DNA of 36,465 nucleotides from assembly GCA_023645945.1 (NCBI GenBank), contig JALAIB010000067.1:1-36465 (forward strand). The letters run 5' to 3'. The notes beneath the pieces are model-generated. The model worked only from the letters and a program-made list of their open reading frames with translations. It made no database searches and was not told the DNA's origin. The DNA is from Diploschistes diacapsis (Eukaryota). A program made the translations under genes and the position numbers. This document shows positions 9,601-21,332 of this stretch, one piece after another; positions within the stretch are counted from its first letter, which is position 1; the number at the start of each line of letters is the position of its first letter.

Positions 9601-10898
9601 GGGGTGTCTGGAGCCGGCAAAGATCGGGCTCGAGGACGCTTCGTCCTCTCTATCTGCTCCTCTCGAGGTGTGCTCTCTGCGTCGGACGCGACGATTTCGA
9701 GATGGTTCGACGGCTTTGCAGAGCGATTGATGTCCGTTCGGATCAGCATGCTAAGTGGTCGGCCACGCTCGTCCACGGCGCTTCTTTGTCGCTGCGCGAA
9801 ATTGGCAGAATATCCGGGGACCTCGATCTCCGCGACATCGTGATCTGTGAATGGGAGCGGGATCGTTGAAGGATCGTTGGTGTTGAGAACTTCAGCAACC
9901 GACGGTACACGATCCGCATCGTCTGGGAGATCTCTCTCGGATGTAGCAATGCTGCTCCGAGAGCCGACGGAGAAACCGCGAAAGCCTCTCGATCCCATGC
10001 CCGGAATTTTGGACAGCGAGCCTCGAGGAGAGCGGACAGACGCTCTCCAAGATCTCCAAAGACGGCCAAGGGTGGAGTTGAGGGCCACCCTTTCCATGTC
10101 CACCTCTTCCACGATCACCTTTTGCAGACCAGTTTCTTCGATCCGTGCGCGAGTCTCGTGCCTCTTGTACGCGGCTTGTGCAGCAATCATCAGCGCGTGC
10201 TCACCGACGAACTCGAGGACCGAAGTCAAGAATATGGCGACAGCGGGTGACACCATGCCGCCTTCCCTCTGCGAACTCCTGTTACCACGGTTCAAATGCC
10301 CCTGCTCCAAGTACATTTCCTCGTCCTCCTCTTCCATATCGCCCAGCCGAGTGTACAGCATGCACCGCAAACGCGTACGCTTCCAGACCAAATCCAAGTC
10401 CCAATCGCCGGACGGCTCCTCGCCCCCATGAAAGGTGTTGAGCTCCTCCATGTCTCCACCGAGGTATTCTTGGAGTTCCTCGTCTGCACCGCTGATTGCT
10501 TCCTTGGCGAGTCGCGGACGAAGCACATCTGTGACTGCGGGCCGAAGCGACGCCAGAGAGGTTGAATGGGCACACGAAAGGAAATTATAGAGGAGCCGAT
10601 CGAGGAAGGCATTGATGAGGCTCAACGAGCCGGCCGTCACCGAAGCGCCTTCGTGCTCTTGGTCTTGTGGGAAGGAGATGTGGTATTCGTTGATGATTTC
10701 GCTCGTTACTACATTCGCCGCGGCGGCAGCAGCAATGTAGGCCGCGTCTGGAGAGACGGCGGGCATGGAAAGCAGCGATATGGACGGCGACATGGACGCG
10801 CGCTCGGGATGCTGGCCAGCTCTCCCGGTGGTGTCCAGACGCAGTGCATCGGGGCGAGGGGAGCGGGTCATGCTTGATTCAAGCGCAGAAGACGGCAT
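6617..10898 (-). CDS. Large (~1400 aa) uncharacterised protein: N-terminal H2B/H2A-like histone-fold doublet, long low-complexity region, four LxDF(L/F)R repeats; intron 8033-8075
   Basis: Two long ORFs (953 and 487 aa) joined in frame by a 43-nt GTATGC...CTAACCAG intron; motif similarity to histones H2B and H2A in aa ~86-280. Confidence 0.88.
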
Positions 10899-11491
10899 TG
10901 TAAGTTAAAAGATGGCTCAGTTTGCCGGAGCCAGATACATGACCGAGCTGGTTCCGAAGGTGAGACGCTGTGCAAAAGACATGCACTTCTGTCGAGGTTC
11001 AAAGCAGTTGCATGAAGGCTGTAGCTCCGCAACCCAACACTGCGCGACGACGATACCGATACGCAGAACTGCGCAACGCTGCAAAGACCGGAAAAGGGAG
11101 ATGCCTCGCAGTAGTAGCAAGTTATCTACCGAAGATGCACCTTTGAACGTTACCAGGTACGTTGTGGATCAGTGGCAGCCCTAGTCCTGGCACGAAGTGA
11201 TCCAGGCCCTGTGGGTCGAGGTCGCCGTCCAGGAGGCCAGATAGTACAAGAAGAAGTGCCGTGGTTGTATGGGATGAACCGCCAGCGGAGTGGAGAATAC
11301 TTGCTAGTATACAGGAACTATTGAAAGCCCTTTCGAAAACCAATCTAGTAGTGCAGCAAGGAAATAGATGCTCTCGAAGAAGACCAAGGCTGAGCAGATG
11401 AGATGGGGATACAGGCGGCACGCTATTAATTATTATGCAGTTGGGCAGTTGGGGAAAAAGATTCTTCTTGTCCATTGCCATTGCGCAACCT

Positions 11492-11560
11492 GGGACTGGA
11501 CTGGACTGGACTGGACTGTTCGACGGCTTTGCGGTGCATAATAAGAATAAGAATAAGAAT
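11492..11560 (+). repeat. Microsatellites: (GGACT)n followed by (AAGAAT)n
   Basis: gggactggactggactggactggactg and aataagaataagaataagaat in the region upstream of the 6617-10898 gene. Confidence 0.85.
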
Positions 11561-12638
11561 GATGATGATATTGATGAAAGGTATGGGTTGTTCCCCTTGT
11601 GGATTGTGGATATGTGATATTTGATATTTGGAGTCTCTTCTTGACCCTACATCTATCTAGAATAAGAATACTTAATACTCTCTCTGTATCTATACTACTA
11701 CCAAATAACTTGACGTATCTCAGCCCATTGTTTCCAGCTTTCTTTATTCCAATTTTCCACCCGCTTTTCTCTGTACCCCAAATCTCATCTCTCGATCTCT
11801 CGACATGCATCTGTCGGGCATCGTATGATGATCCTGTTTCATAAAGCGCTACATACGCTCCTTGGCTTCCTTCGGCTTGCGTATTTCTGTTGAAATCCTC
11901 AGCCTTGGATGGCGGAGCACGGCATCAAGCCGCAGTAGCGATCTGATACTTGTCGCTCTAAACCAGATACTACTCTCTACTATGATCTCGAACAATCATT
12001 TCCCTCAAAACCTGCCTAGCCTCGCCCGTTGTGACTCGATGGTGGTTTTTTTCAAGCAAGTCCCCCCTTTTGCTACTACTCTGCCTAAAGCTGCTTCGCT
12101 TCGACTGAAGTCTGGCAGTCCTCCCAAATTTCCCCTCAGATGACCAGACGGCCTGGCAGCTTTGACAGCGTTGCATCGATCGTTACATCGTTGCATTGTT
12201 GCATCGCCTTGCGGAATCACCAACCGCTGCCTTCCCGCCCTCTTTGCTGAAATGACTTGACGTGTATGTATGTATGTATGTGGTAGGTAAATGGGTTACG
12301 AACAATGATGCTGAAGTACAGTACAGTACAGTACTGGGTGCTCTGGGGACTGCGACTCTTCCAATAATGTCAACTTGTTGTTTCTGCCATTTGCAGTTTC
12401 ATGCGCTCTGCTCATTGGCTTGTGCTGGGGGGGGGGGTTTTTTGGCGGCTAAACTAGAGCCCGCTCTTCCCGTACAAAGTACAAAAGTAGCTTGTTTTGG
12501 ACTTTCATTGGTATAGCCAGCAAGCAAAGTAGTTTATCCAGTGCTGGCGCACTCGAGACTCGCATTCGAAGCAGGAGTACCCGTCGCCTGCGCCACGAAA
12601 GGCGCACATGGCCAGTTTGGAGGAAAGTTATCGTCGCT

Positions 12639-15056
12639 TCACATCACCTCGCAGCTGGTCTTCTGCCGACATTGCTCGAGGTAACCGGGTACATCTTCCG
12701 GTTCCTCGCTGCCTACCGCAGCCCCGATCTTCCTTTTAAGACCCTTGACCGTAATCTTCTGCTCTCCTTCTCCGTGCCACCACCTCAACCTCTGGAGGAG
12801 ACCCAGGCCGTGATCCGCTTCGTCAACGGTAATGCTCCACTTGCCTGAAGTCACTTCCACCCTGGCACTTCCTTTTGGGAAGTGAAACTCTGGAAGAAAA
12901 ATCTCGGTGGGCGTCTCCTCCGACGGCGAGAAGTCGGTCTTGAGCACAAAGCTGAAGATGCCGTTTCGCAGATCAAAGCCATACGATTTGATAGTCCCCA
13001 CCGTGTATATTGGCGAAGGACGTACGTAAGCTTCGGCTGCCCGATATCCCGAAACCGCGACATCACCTCCCGTAGCGACGGATGTTGACCGGGAAATACT
13101 GGGAGTAGCTATTGTGTCTTTAATGTTGTTGGGTGAGATAGTGGTCTGCGAGCCCGTGGTCAATCGTGACTGCGAAAATGAAGGTCCTGAAGCATCATCA
13201 GACGTGCTAACGTCAGAAGAGGTACCCGGCTGCGATCTATGAGGGCTTATAGGTAAAGGCTTGTCGTCCAGCGAAAAGATGGAGAGGTCCTCGCCGTTCC
13301 AGTTATCCCCCCATTCGTGGTTATTCTAGCATAAATACTTAGTCATTAGACCCTAAGGTTTGAAGATGCACTCACAGTCGCAACGTAGGTCCAAAACGTG
13401 TACCCGGCTATTCCACTGCCTTCTAAAGCAAAGTGGTTGGCGTCCATGGCCAGCGATTGGCTAGTGTAATCGCCTGTTTTGTATGCGTATTTATCGTCCA
13501 TATCGTAAGGTATACCGATTTCAGAGAATACACACGGGTGATTTCCCATGTACTCAAGGCCTTCTTGCCTTATGGCTGTCAGTTGTTCCTTGAAGCAGTT
13601 TCGAATGGCCGTCTCGCCAATCTTGATCGCGAACGCAGGCGTCAGGTACTTTCCGCGCAAAATACCGAATACATCAACATTCCAGTAGCGGTTCCTATAT
13701 TCTGTCAGCACGGCCAAAATAGTGGAAGACTTCTGACCATTTCTTCGTGAGCAATGTTATGCCGTCATAGAAATGAGGTGTATATACCATGTCGGGCGCG
13801 TCATCCGGGGTTCCCTTCAAGGATGGAGGTATTTCAAGTACAGGGGGCTGTAGAAACATGATTGCCTGTTGATGTACGCTTTTGATAGAGTCTCGGTGTT
13901 TCCGATAATAGTCCATAAAGTAGCTGTTGGCAAAATACTCGTAGTCAATGGATTTGCCGCTCTTTGGATCTCTGGAAAAGTAATCTTTTTTCAAGAGTTG
14001 GTCATTCTTTGGGTCCCAGACCCCATGTTGGGCCCATATGCACTCCCCGAGTCTCCAACCCGGATCTCTTTTCCACCCGTATTTGGTATCGTCGTGATCG
14101 GAGGATAACCAGGCCGTTGCTCCTTTTGGATCTACCAAACGAGTTCCGGTTTTATACGGGCCGAGTCCACCAATGTCCCATGTGTCGACTTCGCAAGGTC
14201 TGCCGGATCCCAATAGCATCGCCTGCCACGCCGTTGGGGAAGTTCCTTTCTGCAATTTTTGCTCTGGTGGTATGACAGACACATCGACGTGGCCGACTAG
14301 CCCTTTGTTTGGTTCGTTTATGCTCTCCCACCCTATGACAACCTCATTTTCTATGTCTCCAGCCTCTTGTATGCGTTGCGCAAGGTGCTTGCATGCGCCC
14401 GTGAAATGATCTTGGAGATATTCTTGAATGTTCTTCCCATCGATAATTGCCTTGGGTGCGAAATCTTTGCCACCAAAGAAAAGGGTGAACATTACTTGAC
14501 AGACCATTCGCCAATAGTTAGTAGACCAGATCATCTTTGGGTAATTCTCGGGGCCCTCGGGCCAGGCATTGTGCACAAGAGCTGCCTCAGTAGGAAGGAA
14601 ATTCTGAGGGTCCAACCCAGCAGCGTAAAGCGTCCACATTGGCGCACCAGAGCCTCCTGAGAAGCGTGACCAGACGTCTTGATGCGGGTCCATGAAGATG
14701 AAGAAGCCATAGTCTTTCGCACATCTGAGAACCTCTATTGTATGCTTAATCCAATCTTCGTCGTATCTTCCTGGCCCTGCATGCTCAATCGCCTCCCAAG
14801 TAAAGATGTATCGTATAGTATTGTACCCATATCTCTTCAACCTGGCGAAATGCTTGTGTGCTTCGCCGACGCTGAACGGCCGGCCAACAAAAGAAACATC
14901 GTCGCCTTCGGAAAAATGCTCCTTTACGTGGGATGGAATGTCGGGCGAAGCTGGGAATTTTGCGTCACCAGCACAATTGATACCACGAAGAGTGACCTCT
15001 CTGTTGTGTCGATCTTTGAAGACTCGGCCTTCTACTCGCAACCGTAGAAAAGACAT
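12639..15056 (-). CDS. GH5 endoglycoceramidase-related glucosidase (steryl-beta-glucosidase/glucocerebrosidase, Egh1/EGCrP-like); introns 13695-13737, 13326-13375
   Basis: REVTLRGIN, FTWEAIEHAGPG, MDPHQDVWSRFSGGSGAP, acid/base WESINEP, nucleophile VFSEIG, WGDNWNGEDLSIFS; three exons join in frame; ends SCEVM*. Confidence 0.93.
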
Positions 15057-15518
15057 GAGAATGCGTCAGGGATATCAGCAATAATGCATTGAAAGGCCAA
15101 AGCAAGAAAAGAAAACAATTTAGGGCTTTATGAACTTGAGTCGAGTGATTTCAATTGTCATCGGCTCAATGCTTCCCGTGATTCCATCCATGACGTTGGG
15201 ATTGGGATGGAACTCAGATCTTCGGGAAGATCGCTGCAGAACCGCAACTTCAACTTCCAGATTTAAAACTTTAAACTTCAATGATAGCGCAAACCCAGTT
15301 AAGTTATTAGATAAGCACTTGGTATAGGCATGGAGAGTGTGATGGCAGCCCGTGCAGGGGCCTTGATGTTATTCAGAGTGGTTTGAAATGCGGTAAATAT
15401 TGTTTGTATTGAAGCTGGGATGTTATTTCAATGCGGCCAGCTTTGTACGTTTTACCTACTAGAATTTCATCCCAGATTTCTCGTCACTCTTCTGTATCTT
15501 CAATGATTCAACACAGGC

Positions 15519-18500
15519 ATGACGACGGCATCGAAAGGGGCCCTCAAGGCCGCAAAAGCTGCACTTGACTCTCATGACTACCCCGAAGCGGAGAGACAAG
15601 CCCGCCAAGTTCTTGAGCAAGATTCAAGACATTATAATGCGTCAGTCCAGCTGATCAATCATTTACGCCATTAACAGACTATCAGGACTGTCTTCCTTGG
15701 CCTCGCACTCGAGAAGCAGGGAAGAGATGAGGAGGCGGAACGGTTCTATGGCTACGCTAAAGACGCAAAGCCAAAGAATCCTTTAGCTTTGCAAGGTCTG
15801 GTCACTCTGTATGAGAAGCATGCCGCCAACAAAATCGATCAGTATGGCGTCGCTGCTCAAAAACTCGCCGAACTCCATATGGAGGCGTAAGTGCTACGTG
15901 CTTGTGCCGGTCGGAAGGTTCCATTGCTGAGGATGAATAGAGATGACAAGTATCGATGCCAGACTGTCGTGGACAAGTATGTCGACTTTGCAAAGCAACA
16001 TGGTTCACAAGCACAGTACAAGAATGCTTTGCAGCTAATGCTGCCCGACAGCAGTCTCTATGATTATCTTGATGGCCGCATACCGAATCCGGCCAACACA
16101 TACGCAAAGATCATCGAGATTACTGAAGGAGAGGAAAAGCAGCGTATCAACAAGCTTGTTGGGGAGCGAAGAACAAGAATTGGCGCTAGAGTTGGTCAAG
16201 TCACGAACGAAGTCAAAAGGGAAGTCTTCTTATCCAGCAGCTTGGAGGGATTGTATCATGCAGCCATCAACTGGACCCATGATGACGATACGCGTCGCAT
16301 GTACGAGGAACGATTGCTCCAGCGTGCTTATGATACTTTAGCCGTTTTGCCTCCAAATGATAAGACAGAGAAAAGATCCCAGGTTCAGCAGCTTTCGAGG
16401 GACATGGTCGTCCTGAAGCATCCATTTGCCTTAGCATGGAAGGTTGTGTTGGAGTGGCGAGACGTCGAGGACATTGGCGACCTTGAAGTTCACCTTTTAC
16501 GAGAGTATATAGAGCTCTTTCCAGATGATGGCCTTACCATGATCCTGCAGGGCTTTCTCGAGAGCGATGCATCACCTTTCCCAAAACCGAAAGTGGAAGT
16601 CAAAAAAGCAGATGAGCACGACAATGATATCGATGAGCCGGTGACTGCTCAGGAGCGCTTAATCACGATGACTGAAGGCCTTGAGCAAAGTTCGAGGGCT
16701 TTACTATCCCAGCGCATTATGGGAGCATATTTATTGCACTTGCAGGAGTACGCTAGCGCCGTCGAATGTTCTCAAAAAGCCCTCGATCTTCTTCAGATAG
16801 AAAGTAACATTTCCGGTCTGGGCTTTCAGGACACCTTTGATGCTATCAACATAGTCCTGGGGACGGCTTTAGTCCACCACCAGACGCCCCGAAATCATCC
16901 AAGAGCGCATCACATTTTCGAGAGCATTCTCAAGCGCAAACCAGCTAGTTCCTCGGCTTTGATTGGAACAGGATTGATTTTGGAAGAAGAGGGGGACTAT
17001 AGGGGCGCTCATGACTTTCTTACTCAAGCTTTGCGCCAGTCGCCCAACGTGAAGATCCGAAGTGAAGCCGCCTGGTGTCAGGCGCTAGCTGGGGATCTCG
17101 AGAATGGTCTTCAACAGCAGAAGAACTGTTTACAAGCACTCCAAGCTTCGGAATCTACGAGCAAAGACTTAACATCTGAAGTCCACTACCGTGTCGGAAA
17201 GTGCATATGGGATCTTGACACTTCCAAGACAGCGCGCAAAGATAGAAATGGCGCTTATGCTCATTTTCTCGCGTCTCTACAAGCGAATCTTAACTTTGCA
17301 CCGGCGTATACCTCTCTTGGAGTGTACTACGCCGATTATGCGAAGGACAAAGCTCGAGCCCGCAAGTGTTTCCAGAAAGCTTTCGAATTGTCACCCTCGG
17401 AGGTCGAAGCGGCGGAACGTCTGGCACGAGCCTTTGCAGAGCAAGGGGACTGGGAACTTGTTCAAGTGGTTGCTCAACGTGTTATTGGATCTGGAAAAGT
17501 GAGACCCCCACCCGGCTCTAGAAGACGAGGTCTTAGTTGGCCTTTTGCAGCGCTAGGAGTTTGCCATTTAAACAACCAAGAGTACCCGAATGGAATTGTC
17601 TCATTTCAAGCTGCCCTTAGAATATCTCCCAAAGACTTCCACTCTTGGATAGGTCTCGGGGAGAGCTATCATAATTCTGGGAGGTATGTGGCTGCAATCA
17701 AAGCATTTGAGGAGGCACAGAAGCTTCAGGAAGAGACAAACAGGACCGAAGACTCGTGGTTCTCAAAGTACATGTTAGCCAATGTGAAGCGTGAGCTAGG
17801 AAATTTTGAAGAGGCAATTGAAGGCTATGGGGAAGTTTTGGCCTGCAGAGCGAACGAATATGGCATCTCAATCGCTCTCCTTCACGGTCATGTAGAGCAT
17901 GCTTGGGCATGTATACAGCTTGGCCTCTTTGGCCGTGCGAAAGATAATTGTATCAAAGCTATCATGGTGGCTAAAGGCCTGGTTCTGTCAGGTTCATCAA
18001 CTTTCAATCTTTGGAAGACCCTCGGAGACTCATGCGCTATGTTTTCCTGGATGAAGCGTTACAGTACTGAGCTCCCAGTGCAGGAATTAAAGATCATATT
18101 GGAGGAGAAGGCGGAGCAAGGAATGTATCAGAGTGTTGCCGACATTGATGGCATTGGGCACGAAGCAATATCTTCACTTACTTCGTCATCTCGTTCAACT
18201 GCTTACACACATACCGCCATACTCGCGTACAAGCGAGGAATTTTCTGCTGTTCTAATGACGTGCATGCGCAGGCCGTTGCCTGGTATAACCTGGGTTGGG
18301 CCGAGTATCGGGCCAGTATTTCTCTTGCGAGCAGTATCAAGAAAGCCAACCCCCAGCTCAGGGCTGCAGTTCGATGTTTCAAACGCGCGATTGAGCTCGA
18401 AGCAGGCAATCCAGACTTTTGGAACTCACTTGGCATTGTTACGACTCAATTGAACCCAAAAGTCGCACAACATGCATTCGTCAGAAGCCTCCATCTAAAT

Positions 18501-19820
18501 GACAGATCGGCAGCAACATGGACCAATCTAGGCACCTTCTATCTCCTACAGAATGATGTTCGACTCGCCAACGAAGCATTCACACGAGGACAATCAACAG
18601 ATCCTGAGTACGCTCACGCCTGGCTTGGACAAGGCATCCTTGCTCTTACGCTGGGAGAAATTGAAGAAGCGCAAAGTTTGTTCACACAAGCTTTTGAGAT
18701 CTCTGATGCCTCATCACTTGTTTCCAAGAGGCTGTACTCTTTGTCGTCCTTTGACCGTGTTCTCTCAACAGATCGGTCATATCAAGTTGCTGATCTCCTT
18801 CAACCTCTCTTTTCTCTGCACCAGCTTAGAAGCCAGACGAGCGGCGATGCTGTGTTTCAGCATCTTTCTGCGCTTGTTGGTGAGAGAATCGGCGATCAAG
18901 ATGAGCCTATCAGAACCTTGACCGAAGTTTGCGCAAGTCTAGAAGCTGAGTACGAGGAATTTGAATCGCCGCTGTGTCTAGTTCGCTTTGCGCAGGCCAA
19001 GGCTGATCTTGCACGAGTCCAGCTTACTGCCTGTGATTTCGAAACAGCGATTGTAAATGCGGAGACTGCATTAGACCTTTCTGCTGATGAGAATTCCGGC
19101 AGGCCCGACCCGACTGCCCACATCAGATACAGGCTTTCAGCGCACCTCACATGCGGTTTAGCGCATAGTGCGAACGGCAACATGGATGGAGCAATAATGA
19201 TGTTTCGTGCTGCGCTTGAGGAATCTCACGAAAGTCCCGACATCGTCTGCCTTCTTGCGCAGGTGCTGTGGGCAAAGGGTGGTGATGAAGAACAGACCGT
19301 CGTTCGTGAACAGCTTTTTGATTGCGTTCAGAGACATCCTGAACATGCCAGCGCCATCTGTCTTCTTGCCGTCATTGCAATTCTGGACAATGATAGTGAA
19401 ACTTTGGAAGCTGTCGCAGCAGACCTGCACAACCTACGGACTAGAGAGGACCTCGAGGAGCAGCAGAAGCTCAAGATAGGCCACTTATTAACCGCTATTA
19501 CAAGGTTCTCACAATCAGCTACCAAAGAGACAGCGGATGACACTTCTAGAGATGCCGAACTTTCAGAGGCTACATCTTCAATTATGCTATCGCCCTGGGC
19601 AACCCATGGCTGGAGTCAAATGGCTGACTTAACCAGTGCGGAAGGTTTTGTGCCAGCCGAGATAGCTCTTCTAACGGCCAAAGGTACCGTTCCATCAAGA
19701 GGCAATCTAGATGCTGAATCCCTTGCAAGAGCCTATGCTGGAATTGACACGGTTGCAAATGGACAGAAAGCGATCATGATTGCTCCATGGCTGTCTGTTG
19801 GCTGGGACAGTCTGACATAA
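15519..19820 (+). CDS. SKI3: SKI complex TPR subunit Ski3 (TTC37); introns 15641-15685, 15887-15940
   Basis: N-terminus MTTASKGALKAAKAAL; many TPRs; LNFAPAYTSLGVYYADY...RARKCFQKAFEL, FQAALRISPKDFHSWIGLGESY, PKVAQHAFVRSL, AIMIAPW...GW C-terminus. Confidence 0.95.
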
Positions 19821-20251
19821 TGTTTCAACAAGGTCGTTGTATTTTCCCATGATTACCGCAATTATTAATACCACGTAAATGGTGAGAAAGTGACTAACAG
19901 GGCAATACCCGTATGGTGGCACAGCCGGTAATGTGACAGAGGGCACCCTAAATCGTCAGGTGTTCCTATGCCATATAGTCCTGCTCAAGCTACGCAGAGC
20001 CACGCAACCCGTTTCTTGGCAATGTCAGCAATATAGAAATCGGTTCGAGACTTGCTTGTGCCTATACCGGCGCCTCCTTAGTTTGTGGCGCTTAAGAGCG
20101 ACATGGGGGTTATATTGATAGCTGGGAAGCACAACCAAACATTGGTAGAAGCGGAGTGGACTTTTATAAGCGCCTGCAAGAGCCCGAAGAAGTGAAGTAT
20201 GACAGAGCATGCCTCAAGTACTTCAATACGAATTGAGCCGTTGAAAGTGCT

Positions 20252-21154
20252 TCACGACTCGACTTCCATTATAGTTCTGCATCTTTCCAAAAGCTCCAGA
20301 GCACCACCTACTCCTCTAGCTTGCCACTTCTGCAGCAGTAGCTTTACCTCTTGCCAATCCTCTTTGGCGGCCTCTTTCTTCCCCTCTTCATCCATACGTC
20401 TGAATCTTCCTGGTGCCCCTAAAACCCATTCGACAGTATTCATCTCTTGCGTCCTCCTTTGGACATCCGCATCTTCTCCGTCTCTTTCCCGATGTTCCAA
20501 TCGCTTTGCTCTGCTCGAGGGCAGATTTTCTCCGTTCTCCTCAATAGCGAGAATCGCTACTTTTTGCTTCATAGCAGCCGCCAGCGCCTCGGCTGTTCCC
20601 GCAATGTGCGATATTGCTGGAGCAAGTGTTGATGTATGAGGTGCTAAGGGATCCATGTTTGCTCTCATTCGCCGAATCGTATCAGTCGCCGTGATCAGCT
20701 TCGAATAATTATCGTATACGAGTGCCTTGCGGTCTCCGTCCAGAGATTTGATTTCCCCCACTAGCTCCCACTCTGACTTCAAAACTCCTTCCAACCCTTC
20801 ACGCTCCAACACGCCTTTAACGTATGCCTGGGCATCGAAGCCAGGTGTGTCGAGCTCGCTACTTGAGATTTGTGACCCATCGGGCGGGATTCCTTGACTA
20901 TGGCTATCTTCCTTAGCGCCATCTGGATGCTGCGTTGGAGGGTTCTTCAGGCCATAGAAATCTCTTAGAGCAGCACGGTTGCGGCGGGCTTGAGGTTGAG
21001 GGGCGGTGACAGGAGGGTTGCTAGGTTGTAGGGAAGGTGAGCTGACTGTTGAGGAGCGGGTGGTGGTGTCTAAAGAGGTGCGGCGAGAGGAAGAGGCAGA
21101 AGCCAGAGGAATCTGGAAAAGAGATGCTGAAGGTGGGTTGGGAATGGTCGGCAT
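20252..21154 (-). CDS. VPS51: GARP complex subunit Vps51 (short fungal form), single exon
   Basis: RRNRAALRDFYGL, SELDTPGFDAQAYV, EIKSLDGDRKALVYDNYSKLITATDTIRRMR; first in-frame ATG at 21154. Confidence 0.9.
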   Translation of the reverse strand: MPTIPNPPSASLFQIPLASASSSRRTSLDTTTRSSTVSSPSLQPSNPPVTAPQPQARRNRAALRDFYGLKNPPTQHPDGAKEDSHSQGIPPDGSQISSSELDTPGFDAQAYVKGVLEREGLEGVLKSEWELVGEIKSLDGDRKALVYDNYSKLITATDTIRRMRANMDPLAPHTSTLAPAISHIAGTAEALAAAMKQKVAILAIEENGENLPSSRAKRLEHRERDGEDADVQRRTQEMNTVEWVLGAPGRFRRMDEEGKKEAAKEDWQEVKLLLQKWQARGVGGALELLERCRTIMEVES

Positions 21155-21332
21155 TAGTTCTGGCGCAGCGATTGAAGAAACATGAAGGTCAACGAATTGA
21201 GAGCGGTAGTTAGCCACAGCGGCCGAACTTTCTTCCACAAACCTTTGCTAAGGTAACCCTAAATTCCGCTTCCATTCATCCTGAGCTGGAGCTCTCTTCC
21301 CGGATCTGGTGATATCGCCTCTGCCGCGCTCA

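Noticed and set aside
6617..10000. Flocculin/mucin-like call for the Ser/Pro-rich protein
   Set aside because: No signal peptide or GPI tail; composition alone does not support it
10912..12520. Several 60-125-aa ORFs upstream of the histone-doublet gene
   Set aside because: They overlap microsatellites and homopolymer runs and lack motifs; consistent with promoter or long 5' UTR sequence
21155..21238. ORF-track N-terminal extensions from GTG/TTG starts (VPS51 here; likewise 15891, 21309, 33721)
   Set aside because: Eukaryotic gene structure; true starts are downstream ATGs or upstream exons
21254..21263. TAACCCTAA telomere or telomerase-template-like motif
   Set aside because: Only 1.5 repeats within a 178-bp promoter; no room for a fungal telomerase RNA
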